In this document: positions 37,391 through 50,670 of the stretch, piece by piece
Layout of the letters: every line of letters begins with the position of its first letter
Position numbering within the stretch: the stretch's first letter is position 1
The notes under the pieces: generated by a model
Seen by the model: the letters and a program-made list of their open reading frames with translations, nothing else
The model's database searches: none
Told to the model about the DNA's origin: nothing
Translations under genes and position numbers: made by a program
Assembly (NCBI GenBank): GCA_024137785.1
Contig: JAHRHZ010000041.1
Coordinates: forward strand, 5,469,052 to 5,533,051
Length of the DNA stretch: 64,000 bases
Direction: 5' to 3'
Source of the DNA: Ginglymostoma cirratum
Taxonomy: Eukaryota

Positions 37391-40300
37391 GAACTGAGTA
37401 ACTTGTCACAGCCATTTCAGAGACCAGTTGAGACATTTATTTGTTCATGAATGTGAGTTTCACTGGCTATGGCGGTGTTTATCGCCTTTCCCTAATTGCC
37501 CTGAGGGCAGTTAAGAGTCAACCACATTGCTGCGGGTCTGGATTCACATGTATGTTATACTAAGTAAAGATGACAGATTTCCTTCGCTAAAGGGTATTAG
37601 TGAACGAGACGAGATTTTCAGATAATTGACAACAGTTTTGTGGCTGTCATGAGACCCTTATTTCCAGATTTTTATTGAATTCAAAACCCATCATCTGCTA
37701 CTGTGGGATTTGAACCAATGTCTCCAAAACATTAACCTTAGGTGACTGGATTACTAGTCACTACATTAGCACTGTCACCACTTCTCCAAAACCATACTGT
37801 GTGGGTCTGGAATCACAAGTAGGCTAGACAGGGAAAGGATGGAAAATTTTCTTCCCGAAAGGACGTTAGTGATTCAGATGGGACGTTGCAACAGTCAATT
37901 ATAGTTTCATTATCACCATTACAGAGACCCTAGATTTTTATGAATTTAATTGAATTTCCATAAGCTGCTTTGGTTGAATTTGAACCCATGGCCCCAGAAG
38001 TTTAGCCCTATCCTTATGCGCAGTATTACCACAATATCACCATCTTCTCAATTATCCATTTACTCCCATATACTTACTCTTTCTCCTCATTACGTTAGAT
38101 TCAAAGAATTATTGATATGCCAGGGTGCAATTTCATTGTCAGTTTGGCTTCCCTTTAGGCCCAGGATTAGATTTGAAAATGTGCCTGACATCGCTCAAAA
38201 CATAAAACATCTAGTTCTTAAGCTCATAAGAATCTCGGCTGAGTATAGACAAAGAGGGTGACATAAATCAAAAAAAAAACCAAATAAACACGTTGAAATA
38301 CCCTTTAGATATTTCAGATGTAGAATTGATGTACAACACATTAATAATATACATAGTTCATTGACAGCTGCTCATTGGTCTTCCATCTGATGCGTGCATT
38401 AACTAATCTCTATTTACTGCACTTACATCTCAGTTACAGGAACATTGCCAGAGGTCACTTCATGCAATTAACTCTGCAGGCACTGAACTTTTGTTATCAA
38501 ATTAATTTTGAAAGGGTCGGCATTGTGGCAGGGTCACTGGATTAGTAATCGAGGGTGGCTAGGAGCTGGGGATGTGGGTTGAAAACCCAAGTTGGTAATT
38601 CCAGAAAATAAAGCTGGTCTCAGCATTGGTGATTGATGGTTATGAATACTCAAGTGCTCGCTAATACCCTTTAGGAAAGGAAATCGACCATCTTTACCCA
38701 GTTGGGCCTTCATGTGACTCTAGATCCACAATAGTGTAGTTAGCTCTTGGTAGCCTAGTGGGTCATTCAATTCAAGGGCAATTAGGGGTTGGCAATAAAT
38801 ACCTGCCAGGTCGCTGATGCCCATGTGAAAGACTAACTGAAACATTTTGCCTATAATGGTTTGAATGATCTCCTACCATCTTGTGCCAGTCTATAATTCT
38901 AAAGAGGCAATTACCAGCAACTAATAAAATTAACTAACATTAATTACTTCAGAAGCACAGAATGTTTACAGTGCTGAAGGAGGTCATTCAGCTCATTGTG
39001 TCTGTACCTGAAAGCACAGATATCTAGTGAGAAGCACAAGGGCTTGATGAAGAATGGGAGGCTCAAGATCATTTGGCCGATTGAGCATCATTCTTCACAG
39101 ATTTTGGACCATTTGCTTTTGTCATAGGTTCTCATGATTCCAACAACAACTTGCATTTATGTAGCACTTTCAATGCAGTAAAACAATCCATTGAAACTTT
39201 AAACAATCTGACCCAAAATTATGCTTCTGTGACACCTCTGTCACCCCTCTAAGCTAATGAGGAAGTTCTCCTATTAATTAACATTAACAGCTTTAAGACA
39301 TAGTCCTCACAGTTAGTGGATATCCTAATGGTCAGACGATTCTGACAGCAATGCACATCATAGCTGCATTAGGGCTGAAGACCTGTGAATGAGAGAATAT
39401 CAAGAGTTCAGGAAGCCCAGGAGAGAAACTGTCCCAAGAGAGGATTATTTGATATGATGCTAATCTGAGAGCAAATGAAGAGTTTTCAGTATTGCAGAGA
39501 GTGAGAGTCTTACTCCATGTTGAGGAATAACTGGAGTTTTAAGGGATCCAGACTGGTAGCAGCGAAGTTAGAGAGGGAGCAGCCATTAAGAGTGCAGTAT
39601 AGACACCCAAGACCCGGGGAACAAAGTAACTCACAGTACAGTTATAATAGGGTTCCCAAGGGATAAGAACAATGGTTTTGGCACAAACCATAGCAACTGG
39701 ACAAACTTCTAGATATCCCAACAGATTTCACAAAGGACACAGCCAATAATCCAATCTTGTCAGGAAATAGCATTTGATGACTTGCAGCAGGAGTAGGTCG
39801 AGGAATTTGAGCAAAGTTGGAAAGGTTGAGTTCAGACACTTAGAATGTGTGGGGCCGATGGATTTACCAGGAACTTGGTGGATGGGATTATGGAATACAG
39901 TCCTGAAAGTGATAACAAGATGGTAGTTAGTTTAGGTTAAAATCAACCAATGGCAAAAGGTAGTTAGTCCTAATTTTTGTTTCTATTTAGAAAAGTATAA
40001 CATTGCTGATGTCAAATCCATTTGCTCATCTTTACTTCCCTACTCCTTCATACCCTTTACCTAACCAAAACATGACTGATCACAGTATTGAGTGCTCTTT
40101 TCATTTCTGTGGGACCCTTATGTTGGAATCAGGCAATGGAGTGAAGGAAGACAATTATAGTCATCGCTGGTGAGGACTCAATATTTTCTCTTGCAGCATA
40201 AAAGAAAGAGTTACACTCGTCTGCACAGCCCTGACACCTTAAACGCATCATGAAGGAACAGGCAGCTGTTACTCACGAAATAAGAACCCAGCAGTTCCAA

Positions 40301-40677
40301 CTGAGCCAGGATCAAGACAAGGAGCTGCAGTAAGCAGAAATGTTTACTTGTCCAGATAGATTGCTTTGGTATGTGGCACAGTGAGGGCTGCTTGGCTCAG
40401 GATCTATTGCGGACTGCTCCGAGGGCAAGGGACATGAGTCTAGAAATAGGTACCTGCTCTATGTCAGACAGTAACTCAAACCTCAGCCAGGAAGCAACTC
40501 TCATTCCAAGGGCAGCCTTGAGATAAGCTGGAACTAATTAAATAAGGTGGCACAGAGACAAAATGGTCTCATGCTTGGACAGCGGGTAGAGAATGTAACA
40601 AACAGAATGTCATATTTGTCTTTCTTTCTTCCTGTTTAGAAATAATAGGGCAACAGAGGATAGGATATGGCTGATAT

Positions 40678-40892
40678 AACAACAAAGTTGCTGGAAAAGC
40701 TCAGCAGGTCTGGCAGCATCTGTGAAGGTAAAAAAACAGAGTTAACGTTTCGGGTCTGGTGACCCTCCCTCTGACGCGAAACGTTAAATCTGTTTTTCCC
40801 TTCACAGATGCTGCCAGACCTGCTGAGCTTTTCCAGCAACTTTGTTCTCATTCCTGATTCACAGCATCGCAGTTCTTTTGGTTTTTATTCAG
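40678..40892. mobile_element. Hairpin mini-element, same subfamily as 5072-5306
   Basis: Inverted arms aaagttgctggaaaagctcagcaggtctggcagcatctgtgaag / cttcacagatgctgccagacctgctgagcttttccagcaacttt and the same one-sided tail. Degenerate TSD atatggctgatat / atagggctgatgt. Confidence 0.75.
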
Positions 40893-43800
40893 TATAGGGC
40901 TGATGTCTTGCAACCCAAACCTAAATAACCACGCTGGCTGATCCCTTAACAAAACATTATTGAAATAAGGAGTCCCATGTCCTGTTATTGTGGTTTCTTG
41001 TTAAAACACACTAAGTGCACTTAAATCAAATTATTTTTCAATTCTTGGTATTACACAATGGGAGTTTCACACCAGCACAGTCTGAGTATAAATCTGTTTT
41101 TACCATCAACATGTGCCTCACATTGTTGTTATCTTGCATTCTGCTTTGTTTCCAAGAGCATTAACCGGCCTTTCCTGCATTTGCAAGATATCTTTCACAA
41201 TCTCTGAAAACCCGAAGTAATTTATAGTCAATGAAGCAGTTATGAACTTGAGTCAATATAGGCTGTAATATGGAAAAAAATGACAGCCAAACGGACACCA
41301 GCACACATGGCCAAATAGATTGTTTCAGCAAAGGTGCCTTACTACAATTGTACAGGGCATTAGTGAGACCACATCTGGAGTACTGTGTGCAATTTTGGTC
41401 TCCTTATCCGGGGAAGGGGGTAGGCCATTTAGGACTGAGATGAAGAGAAATTTCTTCACCCAAAGAGCGATGATCCTGTACAATATTCTGCTACTGAAAG
41501 CAGTCGAGGCCAAATCATTGAATGTTTTCAAGACAAGTTAGATATAATTCTTAGGGCTGAAGGGATCAATGATTCTGGGGAGAAACTTCGAACAGGGGAC
41601 TGAGTGATCAACTGAGCTGATCGTATTGAACGACAGAGCAGTCTTGAAGGGCAAAATGGTCTACTCATTTTTTTTTAATGTTTCTATGTTGGTTGTGGAA
41701 TAAATTTTAACCAGGATACAGTGAAGAACTCCACCGTTACCATTCTTTATTGACTACTTTCATGACGGACTTCATGAGAGGGCAGAGAACCAAAAGACGG
41801 TACCCATGACAATGCAGCACCTCCATGGCACAGCACTTTGGTGTCAGCCTAAACATTGTGTTCAAGCCTCCAAAAGACAACATTTGCCATGGATCCTGAG
41901 AAGGTGTCATTAGCTCAGGCAATTACAAGCTTGGTCAAAGAGCTACGTTTTTAATGAAGGTCTTGAAGGAACTGTTGGAAGGGCAGAGACATTTTGGGTT
42001 AAAATTCTTGAGGGTCAAATCTTGTAATTTCCTAGAGTGGCTGTTATTCACGCTGGATGCAAATCTCAGTACATTGAGCAGGCTCCAGGTTTGTCTGAAC
42101 TGAAAGGAAATGAAAAGGACGGTCACAAACGGGCCTGAACTTCTCCAAGATGGTGAATATTGAAAAAAAGAAAGGTTAAAGCAACAATCAGATCAACAAC
42201 GATCTTACTGAATGATGGAGCAGATTTTATAAGTCAAATAGCCTACTCCAACTCTTAATTATTTTGACTTTATGACTTCCGCTCTAGGTCAGAGTCTTTT
42301 CAGTCTGCGTTGGAGAGTGGATAGTGTGTAGATCAGGTATGGGCTGCATTAGACTGAATCAACATGCTATTATGTTAAAATAGCTCAGTGGCACCCACTA
42401 TATTCAACCTCAAAGATAGCAAATGCAAACAGTTTAGTTACTGCATAGGCCCCATTCTCAATGATGGCTAGGCTGGTAGGCTGAAGAAAATATAAAAGAA
42501 ACTTCAGAACATTGTGCAGTGTTATTTGAACCACATTTACTTTATTTTTAACCTTGTTACAGCTAACAGATGTCCAGTACCCCTCACAATCCCCTCATAT
42601 AATATTGGCAGTACTGAAAACATCCCCCACCCTCCAAAGGGGGAAAACACCATGTAAAATATATAAAAACAGTAACAGTTCTCAAATACCTCAACCCTCT
42701 TTGACACTAGTCAACAAAATGTTTTAACGAGTCAATGCATACTTGAGCATTGGGGAAGGAGATTTATGGTGGTTATTTGGAGTGGAATTAAAAGCATAGT
42801 TCTGTTGGGACATCACACAAATAACAATGACGGCTAGGGATGGAGGCTTTGCTGGTGTGTAGAAACGGGGAGATTTACAGAAAAAGTAGTAAAAAGGAAG
42901 TCTCTTATTTGTCAAGCAAAGCGAAGTTCACTATTTCCTCCCAGATTGCTGAGGAGTTTCCAGCAATTAAACAATGTCTCCTGGACGCTGTCATCAGCTG
43001 AATCCCATAGGAAGAATATCATCTTGTTACAAATTGTGGTCATTTCCTGCAAACACCTTCATTGGTTATAAAAATATCAAAATAGGTGGGAAAGAATCAA
43101 AACGTATTTGATATTTCGTCAATAAGATCCACTTAGGTCACAAAGAATCTATTTGTTTTCCCGTTGCCTGTGGTAAGAGAGGGCACTGCAGTGATGGATA
43201 ATGACAAGAGATAGGGTGGGGTGCATTGGGTTGTGGGGAGGTTAGATGTCCTGCGATGAAACTGCCTGGATTATGGTAACACAGAATCGACAGCTCAAAC
43301 TAAAAGTGGAAATATGTCCTCCATCACCAAAAGGGTCAGGAGCTGAGGCCCGATTGTAACTAAAACATCCAACTTATAATTGCCTTTCCCATCTGGAGTA
43401 GGAGGGGCCTGTTCAGCCTATCAAGTCTTTTCGACCTTTTAGAGATACCTGTGATGTAACTCCCCAAACAGAATCTCCCACTGTCAGAGTTGGTGAGTTT
43501 GGAGGTGGGATGGGTATTTCTCTAGGGGGCATTGAGACAGCCTCAGGACTCCACTGCTTTCCCATCTCTGCCAGAACTAAGTCTGAGATGGCTTGCCTAT
43601 GGTCGACTTTGCCACATCGTTGCTAGCTGGGGCCAACTAGTGGTTGCTTAAGGACCTCAACACGTCCCCACCGCTAAAATTGTCCCAGCTCCAGGTAGGT
43701 CTGTATACAGTGTGGGTGCTAGCTGTGAGCATTTTGACATCTCAGAGACGGGGGATCCCGTGATCAAAGGTAGTCAATACCCAATTGACAGACTGGACAT

Positions 43801-45127
43801 GGGACAGTGAGGAGCCTGCAAGGAACCACCTTCCTGCCCTTGCTTTTGGTTCCCGCAAACCCCAATCCAGGACACGAGTTACTTACCTCTGTCTTGGCTC
43901 CACTGTGATCCTTGGGAACTCCTACCATTAACAGCCACGGTTGCCTCCTGCTGAGTGCAGGAGATGCCAGACCTCTGACTAACTAATGGAGGGCTGTCAG
44001 CCCCAGGGTAAGACCTGGGCTTGGGGTTCAGAGGGCTTTCCCAAAATGAGGTACTGTGGGTCTCTCACACTGGTTCGCCACCCAACAATGATACTCCAAC
44101 AAGATTCTGTCCCATATCCCTGTACACATCAGGTGAACAAAAGTTTATCATCATTTTCTGTTTTTTGAAGGGAGTTTCAAATTGATAAACTTTTTTAACC
44201 TCACTCCTAAAAGGACTGGCACTGGGGTTTTGAGTCTGCCTGCAAACATTTGGCTCCCTCTCTATTTCTCTGGGCTGGGCATTATGTGCCTCCACTTTTT
44301 TAAAAAAATTCATTCATGGGATGTAAATCTCACTGGCTTGGCCACATTTGTTGCCCAACCCTAATTACTCTTGAACTGAGTGGTTCACTTGGCCATTTGA
44401 CAGGGCTGCTAAGAGTCAACCACATTACTGTGGGTCTAGAGCCACATGTAGGCAAGAGCAGGTAAGGATGGCAGTTTTCCTTCCTTCAAGGGCTTTAGTG
44501 AACCAGATGAGCTTTTACATAATTGACAGTAGTTGCATGGTCATCCTTACGTTAACTTTTGTTATTTCCAGTTGGGGTGGAGGGGATATGTAATAGAAGG
44601 AAGGTGCTCAACTTAAAACCAATCACTGAGCTTATCCCCATAATACAGGGTGGGGCAAAACTGGCAGCCCACCCTGTAAATATAATTAAAGGTCAACTGA
44701 ACTTGTTAAAAGCTTGATTACATTCACAACTATGCAGCCCAAGTCTTAATATGGTGGGCATATAAGTGGAATTCACGCTTTCTTTATAAAGTGTTTAAAA
44801 TGACAGGAATAAAGGGTTACTATTATTGGAGACACCCCTTGCTTATCAGGAATATAGCATTTCCCCTTGTCCCCTTTCTGTTATTTAAAACCTACCCTCA
44901 GCCCAAAGCCCTGCCCTCAGATATACCTGGCAGTGGGGTCGTATTGTGCCTCCAACAACCTGCCTGCAGTTCCAAAAGTGTCCTGTAGGTAGCTCTGGTG
45001 CTGTCAAAGTTCAGATAATGGGACACTTTCCCATCGATGGGCAGAATTCCCATTAAGAGTTTGTTTAGTAACACCATCCCCACTCCCACAGTCTTTCTGT
45101 TTGTCAGGTGGGCTTATAACTGGTCAG

Positions 45128-45696
45128 AGATAAAAGGTACTGCAGATGCTGGAGAATCCGAGATAACAAGCATGGGGCTGGATGAACACAGCAGGTCAAG
45201 CAGCATGCTCCTATGATGCTGCTTGACCTGCTGTGTTCATCCAGCCCCATGCNNNNNNNNNNNNNNNNNNNNNNNNNNNNNNNNNNNNNNNNNNNNNNNN
45301 NNNNNNNNNNNNNNNNNNNNNNNNNNNNNNNNNNNNNNNNNNNNNNNNNNNNNNNNNNNNNNNNNNNNNNNNNNNNNNNNNNNNNNNNNNNNNNNNNNNN
45401 NNNNNNNNNNNNNNNNNNNNNNNNNNNNNNNNNNNNNNNNNNNNNNNNNNNNNNNNNNNNNNNNNNNNNNNNNNNNNNNNNNNNNNNNNNNNNNNNNNNN
45501 NNNNNNNNNNNNNNNNNNNNNNNNNNNNNNNNNNNNNNNNNNNNNNNNNNNNNNNNNNNNNNNNNNNNNNNNNNNNNNNNNNNNNNNNNNNNNNNNNNNN
45601 NNNNNNNNNNNNNNNNNNNNNNNNNNNNNNNNNNNNNNNNNNNNNNNNNNNNATGCTGCTTGACCTGCTGTGTTCATCCAGCCCCATGCTTGTTAT
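45128..45696. mobile_element. Penelope-like terminal hairpin insertion spanning the assembly gap
   Basis: Inverted pLTR ends with a 15-bp TSD cttataactggtcag 45113-45127 / 45697-45711. Confidence 0.8.
45253..45652. other. Assembly gap (400 N)
   Basis: Run of n. Confidence 1.
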
Positions 45697-46489
45697 CTTA
45701 TAACTGGTCAGTTGGCTGGCTACTGACCTTTACTCTGCAGTATTGGAGGTGGGGCAGTAGTCAGTATGCCAAACCGTTGCCTATAATTTTTGGCACTGTG
45801 TACCTGCTTCAACTATACACCACTTCAGAACTTTGATCAAACCCACTCCCCAATCTTCTAAATTCCAAGGAATGCATCCCCTAGTTTGCGTAATTTAACC
45901 AGGTATCATTCAGATTTATCCCTATCTGTTCCAATTGTACACTCACCAAAAATGTTTGCAATTAGCGGTGACCTTCAGGCTGAAGCACACTCATGTCAAA
46001 TAAAATAATTGGCTTATTTCAATCTTGTTTGCGAACAGCTCCTGGGCACATCCCGCACAGAGTGTGTCTGGCACACTTGTTCCAGCAAACAAATGCAGCT
46101 CGGCTGGTAAGGGGCTGAAGGTTAGTTGGAGCACTGAAGCCTGAAGGAGTATTCCAAATACAGCAATGCAAGGAAGTGACAGAGAGGTACAGTTTCAGAC
46201 TATTTCTCACTGAGTCTCACTCTGCTAACTTGATACAAAGCATCACACACATGGGATACCATCAGCACAACCCAGGAGAAGTCAGGATGGAATTCCAATT
46301 TACCTCCATTGGGAAAGCAGGAAAATAAGACTGCTATCTCTGGTTGGAAGCATTCCTGGAGGTTCAATCACATGATGTTCTGATCATGTGATGTCTGATC
46401 ACATGATCCAGTATTCCTACAATTCCCTTTGAAATTACATTTACTCTATTATCACTGACCAGATGTGGTGAAGAATCTCAAGGTCTAAC

Positions 46490-49400
46490 ACAGCAGGCCA
46501 GGTAGCATCAGAGGAGCAGGAAAGTTGACATTTCATGTCAGGACCCTTCTTCAGAAATGGGAGCGGGGTTGGAACTCAGGAATAAATAGAGAGAGGAGGG
46601 GTGGGGCTGGGAAAGGTAGGTGGGGTGGTGATAGGTGAGTGCAGATAGGTAGTGGTGGGGATTGGTCAGTGAGGTGGGAGGGGCGGATAGGTGGGAGAAA
46701 AGATGGACAGGTTGTGTCAGGTCAAGGACGCAGGGGTGAGAGGGAAGGTTGGTCAGGGGATGAAGCCGGGGGTGGGGAGATCTTGAAGCTAGTAAAGTCC
46801 ACATTTAGGCAATCAGGCTGCAGGCTCCCAAAGTGAAATATGAGGTGTTGCTCCTCCAGTTTGCCGGTGACAATATTGTGACACTGGAGGAGGCCCAGGA
46901 TGGACATGTCACCGAGGGAGTGGGAGGGGAAGTTAAAATGGTTCACAACTGGAAGGTGTTGTCGTTTGTCCTGAACAGAGCACAGATGCTCTACAAGTCA
47001 GTCTCCTCACCTCCACTTGGTCTCACCGATGTAGGGGAGGCCTCATCGGTAGCAGCGGATGCAGTAGACCACATTAGTGGATGTACAGATGAACCCCTGT
47101 CTAATGTGGAAGGTTTGCTTTGTGTATTGAATGGAGGTGAGGCGGCGTAGGGGCAGGTGTAGCACTTCCTGCGGTTGCAGGGAAAGGTGCCGGGATGGTG
47201 GGGTTAGTGGGGAGTGTGGAGCAGATGAGGGAGTGAGTAGTCCCTATGAAAAGCAGATAGGGGTGGGGAGGGAAATACCACTTTGGTTGTGGGGTCGGAT
47301 TGTAGGTGGCGGAGTGTTAGTGGCTGATATGTGAGGACAAGGGGGATTCTGTCTTTATTTTTGTTGGGGACAGGAGATGTGAGGGCAGAGGTGTGGGAAA
47401 CATTAGAGATGCGGTTGAGGGGATTTTTGATCACCAGAGGGGGCGATGTTGTGGTCCTTGAAGTAGGACGACATCAATGATGTTTGAGAGTGGAAGGCCC
47501 CATCTTGGGAGCAGATGCAGTGGCGGCGGAGGATTTGGGAGTAGGGGATCGCATTCTTGCGGGAAGGTGGGTGAGAAAAGATGTAGTCTATGTGGCTGTG
47601 GGAGTCAGTGGGCTTGAAATAGATATCAGTTTCAAGGTGGTCACCAGAGATGGAGACGGAGAGGTCCGGGAAGGAGAGAAAGGTATCGGAGATGGTCCAG
47701 GTGAAAGGTGTTAGTTAAGTTGATGAACTGTTCAAGCTCCTTGTGGGAGCACGAGGAAGCACCGATACAGTCATCAATGTAGCGGAGGAAGAGGTGGGGT
47801 TTAGTGCCAGTGTAGCAGCGGAAGAGGGACTGTTCCACGTTTCCTACAAAGAGGCAGGCATAGCTTGGGCCCATGCAGGTACCCATGGTCACCCCTTTAG
47901 TCTGTAGGAAGTGGGAAGAGTTAAAGAAGTATTAGTTAGGAGTAAGGACTAGTTCGGTTCAGCGGATGATGGCATTGGTGGAGGGAGACTGGTCAGGCCT
48001 GCGGGAAAGGAAGAAGTGGAGGGCTTTTAGGTCATCTGCATGAGGGATACAAGTGTACAGGGATTGGACATCCATAGTGAAGATGAGGTGCTGGGGGCCA
48101 GGGAATTAGAAGGCTTGGAGGAGGTGGAGGGAGTGGGTGGTGTCACGGACGTAGGTGGGGAGTTCCTGGACCAGTGGGGAGAAAACAGAGTCAAGGTAAG
48201 CGGGGATAAGTTCAGTGGGACAGGAGCAGGTAGAGACAATGGGTCAGCTGGGACAGTCAGGTTTGTGGATTTTGGGAAGGAGATAGAAGCGGGCGGTGTG
48301 GGGTTGGGGAACGATGAGGTTGGAGGCTGTGGGTGGGAGGTCACCTGAGGTGATGAGGTTGTGGATGGTTTGGGAGATGATGGTTTGGTGGGGTCATGAT
48401 CGAGGGGGCTGTAGGAGGAGATGTCGGAGTGTTGGTGCCTGGCCTCGGCGATGTAAAGGTCAGTGCGCCATACTACAGATGCTTCTCTCTTGTCCGCGGG
48501 TTTGATAGTGAGGTTAGGGTGGGAGCAGAGGGTAGCACATTCTGTGGGGGAGAGGGGTGGAGAGGTTGAGACGATCAACGTTGCAACAGCAGTTGGAGAT
48601 GAAGTGGTTGAGGGAGGGTAGGAGGCCTTGGGGTGATGCCCAGGAGGAGGGGGTGTTGGAGGTGGGAGAAGGGGTGTGTAGAGGGTGGGTTAGACTTGCG
48701 GTTAAAGAAATAGGCGTGGAGGCGGAGGCAGCGGAAAAACTGTTTGCTATCCAGGCATGAGCGGTATTCATTGATGTTCGGGTGGAGGGGGATGAAGGTG
48801 AGTCCTTTACTGAGGACTGACTGTTCGTCCTCAGTGAGGGGGAGGGGTGGGGGTGGGGCAGGGAGGGTGAATACCAGGCAGGGCTTGGGGCTGAAACCAG
48901 GTGTAGAGTTGGTCGCTAGGTGTGGGGGCAAGTCTCACCCACCTTCCTGAAAGAACGCGATCCCCTACTCCCAACTCCTCTGCCTCCGCTGCGTCTGTTC
49001 CCAAGATGGGATGTTCCACTCCCGAACATCCCAGATGTCCTCCTATTTTAAGAACTGCAACTTCATCCCTCCAGCGATCGAAAATGCCCTTAACCGCATC
49101 CCTTGCCTTTCCTACACCATTGCCCTCACACCCCCTCCCCGCAACAAAAACAAATCCCCCTTGTCCTCACAGATCACCCCACCAACCTCCGCATCCAACG
49201 TATCATTCTCTGCCACCTGCAATCCGAACCCACAAACAAAGATATATTTTCCTCCCCATCCCATCTACCTTCCGTAGGGACCACTCCGCAACTCCCTCAT
49301 CCACTCCACACTCCCCACTAACTCGCAGGAAGCGCTACACCTACCCCCTCACCTCCATTCAAGGCACAAAGCAAACCTTCCACATTAGACAAAGGGTTCA

Positions 49401-50045
49401 CCTGCACATCCATCAATGTGATCTATTGCATCAGCTGCTACCGATGTGGCCTCCTCTACATCGGACAGACCAAGCAGAGGCTCGGAGACCATTTTGCAGA
49501 GCGTCTGCGCTCTGTTCAGGACAAACGACAACACCTTCCAGTTGCGAACCCCTCCCACTCCTTGGACGACATTTCCATCCTGGGTCTCCTCCACTGTCAT
49601 GATGACGCCACCCGCAAACTGGAGGAGCGGCACCTCATATTCTGCCTTGGGAGCCTATAGCCCAATGGCCTAAATGTGGGTTTTACTAGTTTTAAAATCT
49701 CCCCACCCCCGGCATCATCCCATGACCAACTCTCCCTCTCATCCCCGCCTCTTTGTCCTGACACAACCTGTCCATCTTCTCTCCCACCTATCTGCTCCTC
49801 CCACCTCACTGACCAATCTTGACCACTGCCTAGCTGCACTCACCTATCACCATCTCACCTACCATCCCCAGCCCCACCCCTCCGCTCTCTGGTTATTTCT
49901 GAACTCCCACACCACTCCCTATTTCTGAAGAAGGGTCCTGACCCGAAATGTCAACTTTCATGTTCCTCCGATGCTGCCTGGCCTGCTGTGTACCTCCAGC
50001 TGTGTTATCTCTGACTCCAGCATCGGCAGTTCTTACTGTGTCTAC
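46490..50045. mobile_element. Penelope-like retroelement, inverted two-part insertion: decayed RT + GIY-YIG copy on minus (~46490-48900) and 5'-truncated copy on plus (~48932-50045)
   Basis: Fragments LTEDEQSVLSKGLTFIP, IKPADK, MGTCMGPSYACLFVG, FLRYIDD (PLE-type RT) and IYCISCYRCGLLYIGQTKQRLGDHFAE (GIY-YIG). Flanking TSD ctcaaggtctaac 46477-46489 / cttaaggtctaac 50046-50058. Confidence 0.9.
49921..49956 (+). ncRNA. Minimal hammerhead motif (CUGAAGA variant); its partner on the minus strand at 46523-46558 has a broken stem II
   Basis: attt-CTGAAGA-a-gggt(cctg)accc-GAAA-t-GTC-aact. Confidence 0.55.
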
Positions 50046-50224
50046 CTTAAGGTCTAACTGCCTTCGGTCTCAGGACCTTCCTCCTTCCTTCCCCCTGTTG
50101 CTTATAAAAAGAATTATAAGAGACTACTCTGAAAGGCACTGTATCAAAAAAAAAATTGGTTTTCCATTTCCCAATTGCTCACTCTATCAGTGGGAAGATC
50201 CTTTCTCTCTTCACCACAGTGAAG

Positions 50225-50670
50225 GCCCCCAGGCTCTGTCTCCCCTGAGCCCTCACCGCCTCTCCCACTCCCCAAAAAGCCCCAAGTCCCCAGTCGACCC
50301 TGAGATCCTGAGCTCTCATTCCCCAGTGTCCCACTTCCCAAAGTCCCCATTCCCCAGCCTCTCTCTATCCCATGAGCCTGAATCCCCAGCTGCCTCTCTC
50401 TCCCTTGCTCTGACCCCACATTCCCCTGTCCCTTTCTCCTGAGCTCCCCTCTCCTTACTCCCAAAAATCCCCAATTCTCCACTGTCCCCAAGATTTTGAC
50501 TCCCCCATGCCTGAGTTCCCTTCTCCTGAGCCCCCATCTCCAAACCTAAAAATCCTCAATTTCCACTGCCCCCAAGATCCCAAGCCCTCATTCCCCAGTG
50601 TTCCCCTTCCCAAAGCTCACATTCCCCTCTCCCCTCACCAAGACCCCACTTCCCAGCCTCTGTTCCTCCT
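50225..50670. repeat. Degenerate C-rich minisatellite (ccccaagatcctgagcccccattcccc-like)
   Basis: Repeated cccaag, ctgagc and cattcccc motifs with strong C skew. Confidence 0.65.

Noticed and set aside
40277-40435. Signal-peptide-like frame (CLLQLLVLILAQLELLGSYF) ending in GTGAGT
   Set aside because: In-frame TGA after the only ATG, and the phase-0 donor does not fit SCN4B exon 2.
45211-45836. Several long ORFs in the track
   Set aside because: Artefacts of translating through the N gap.
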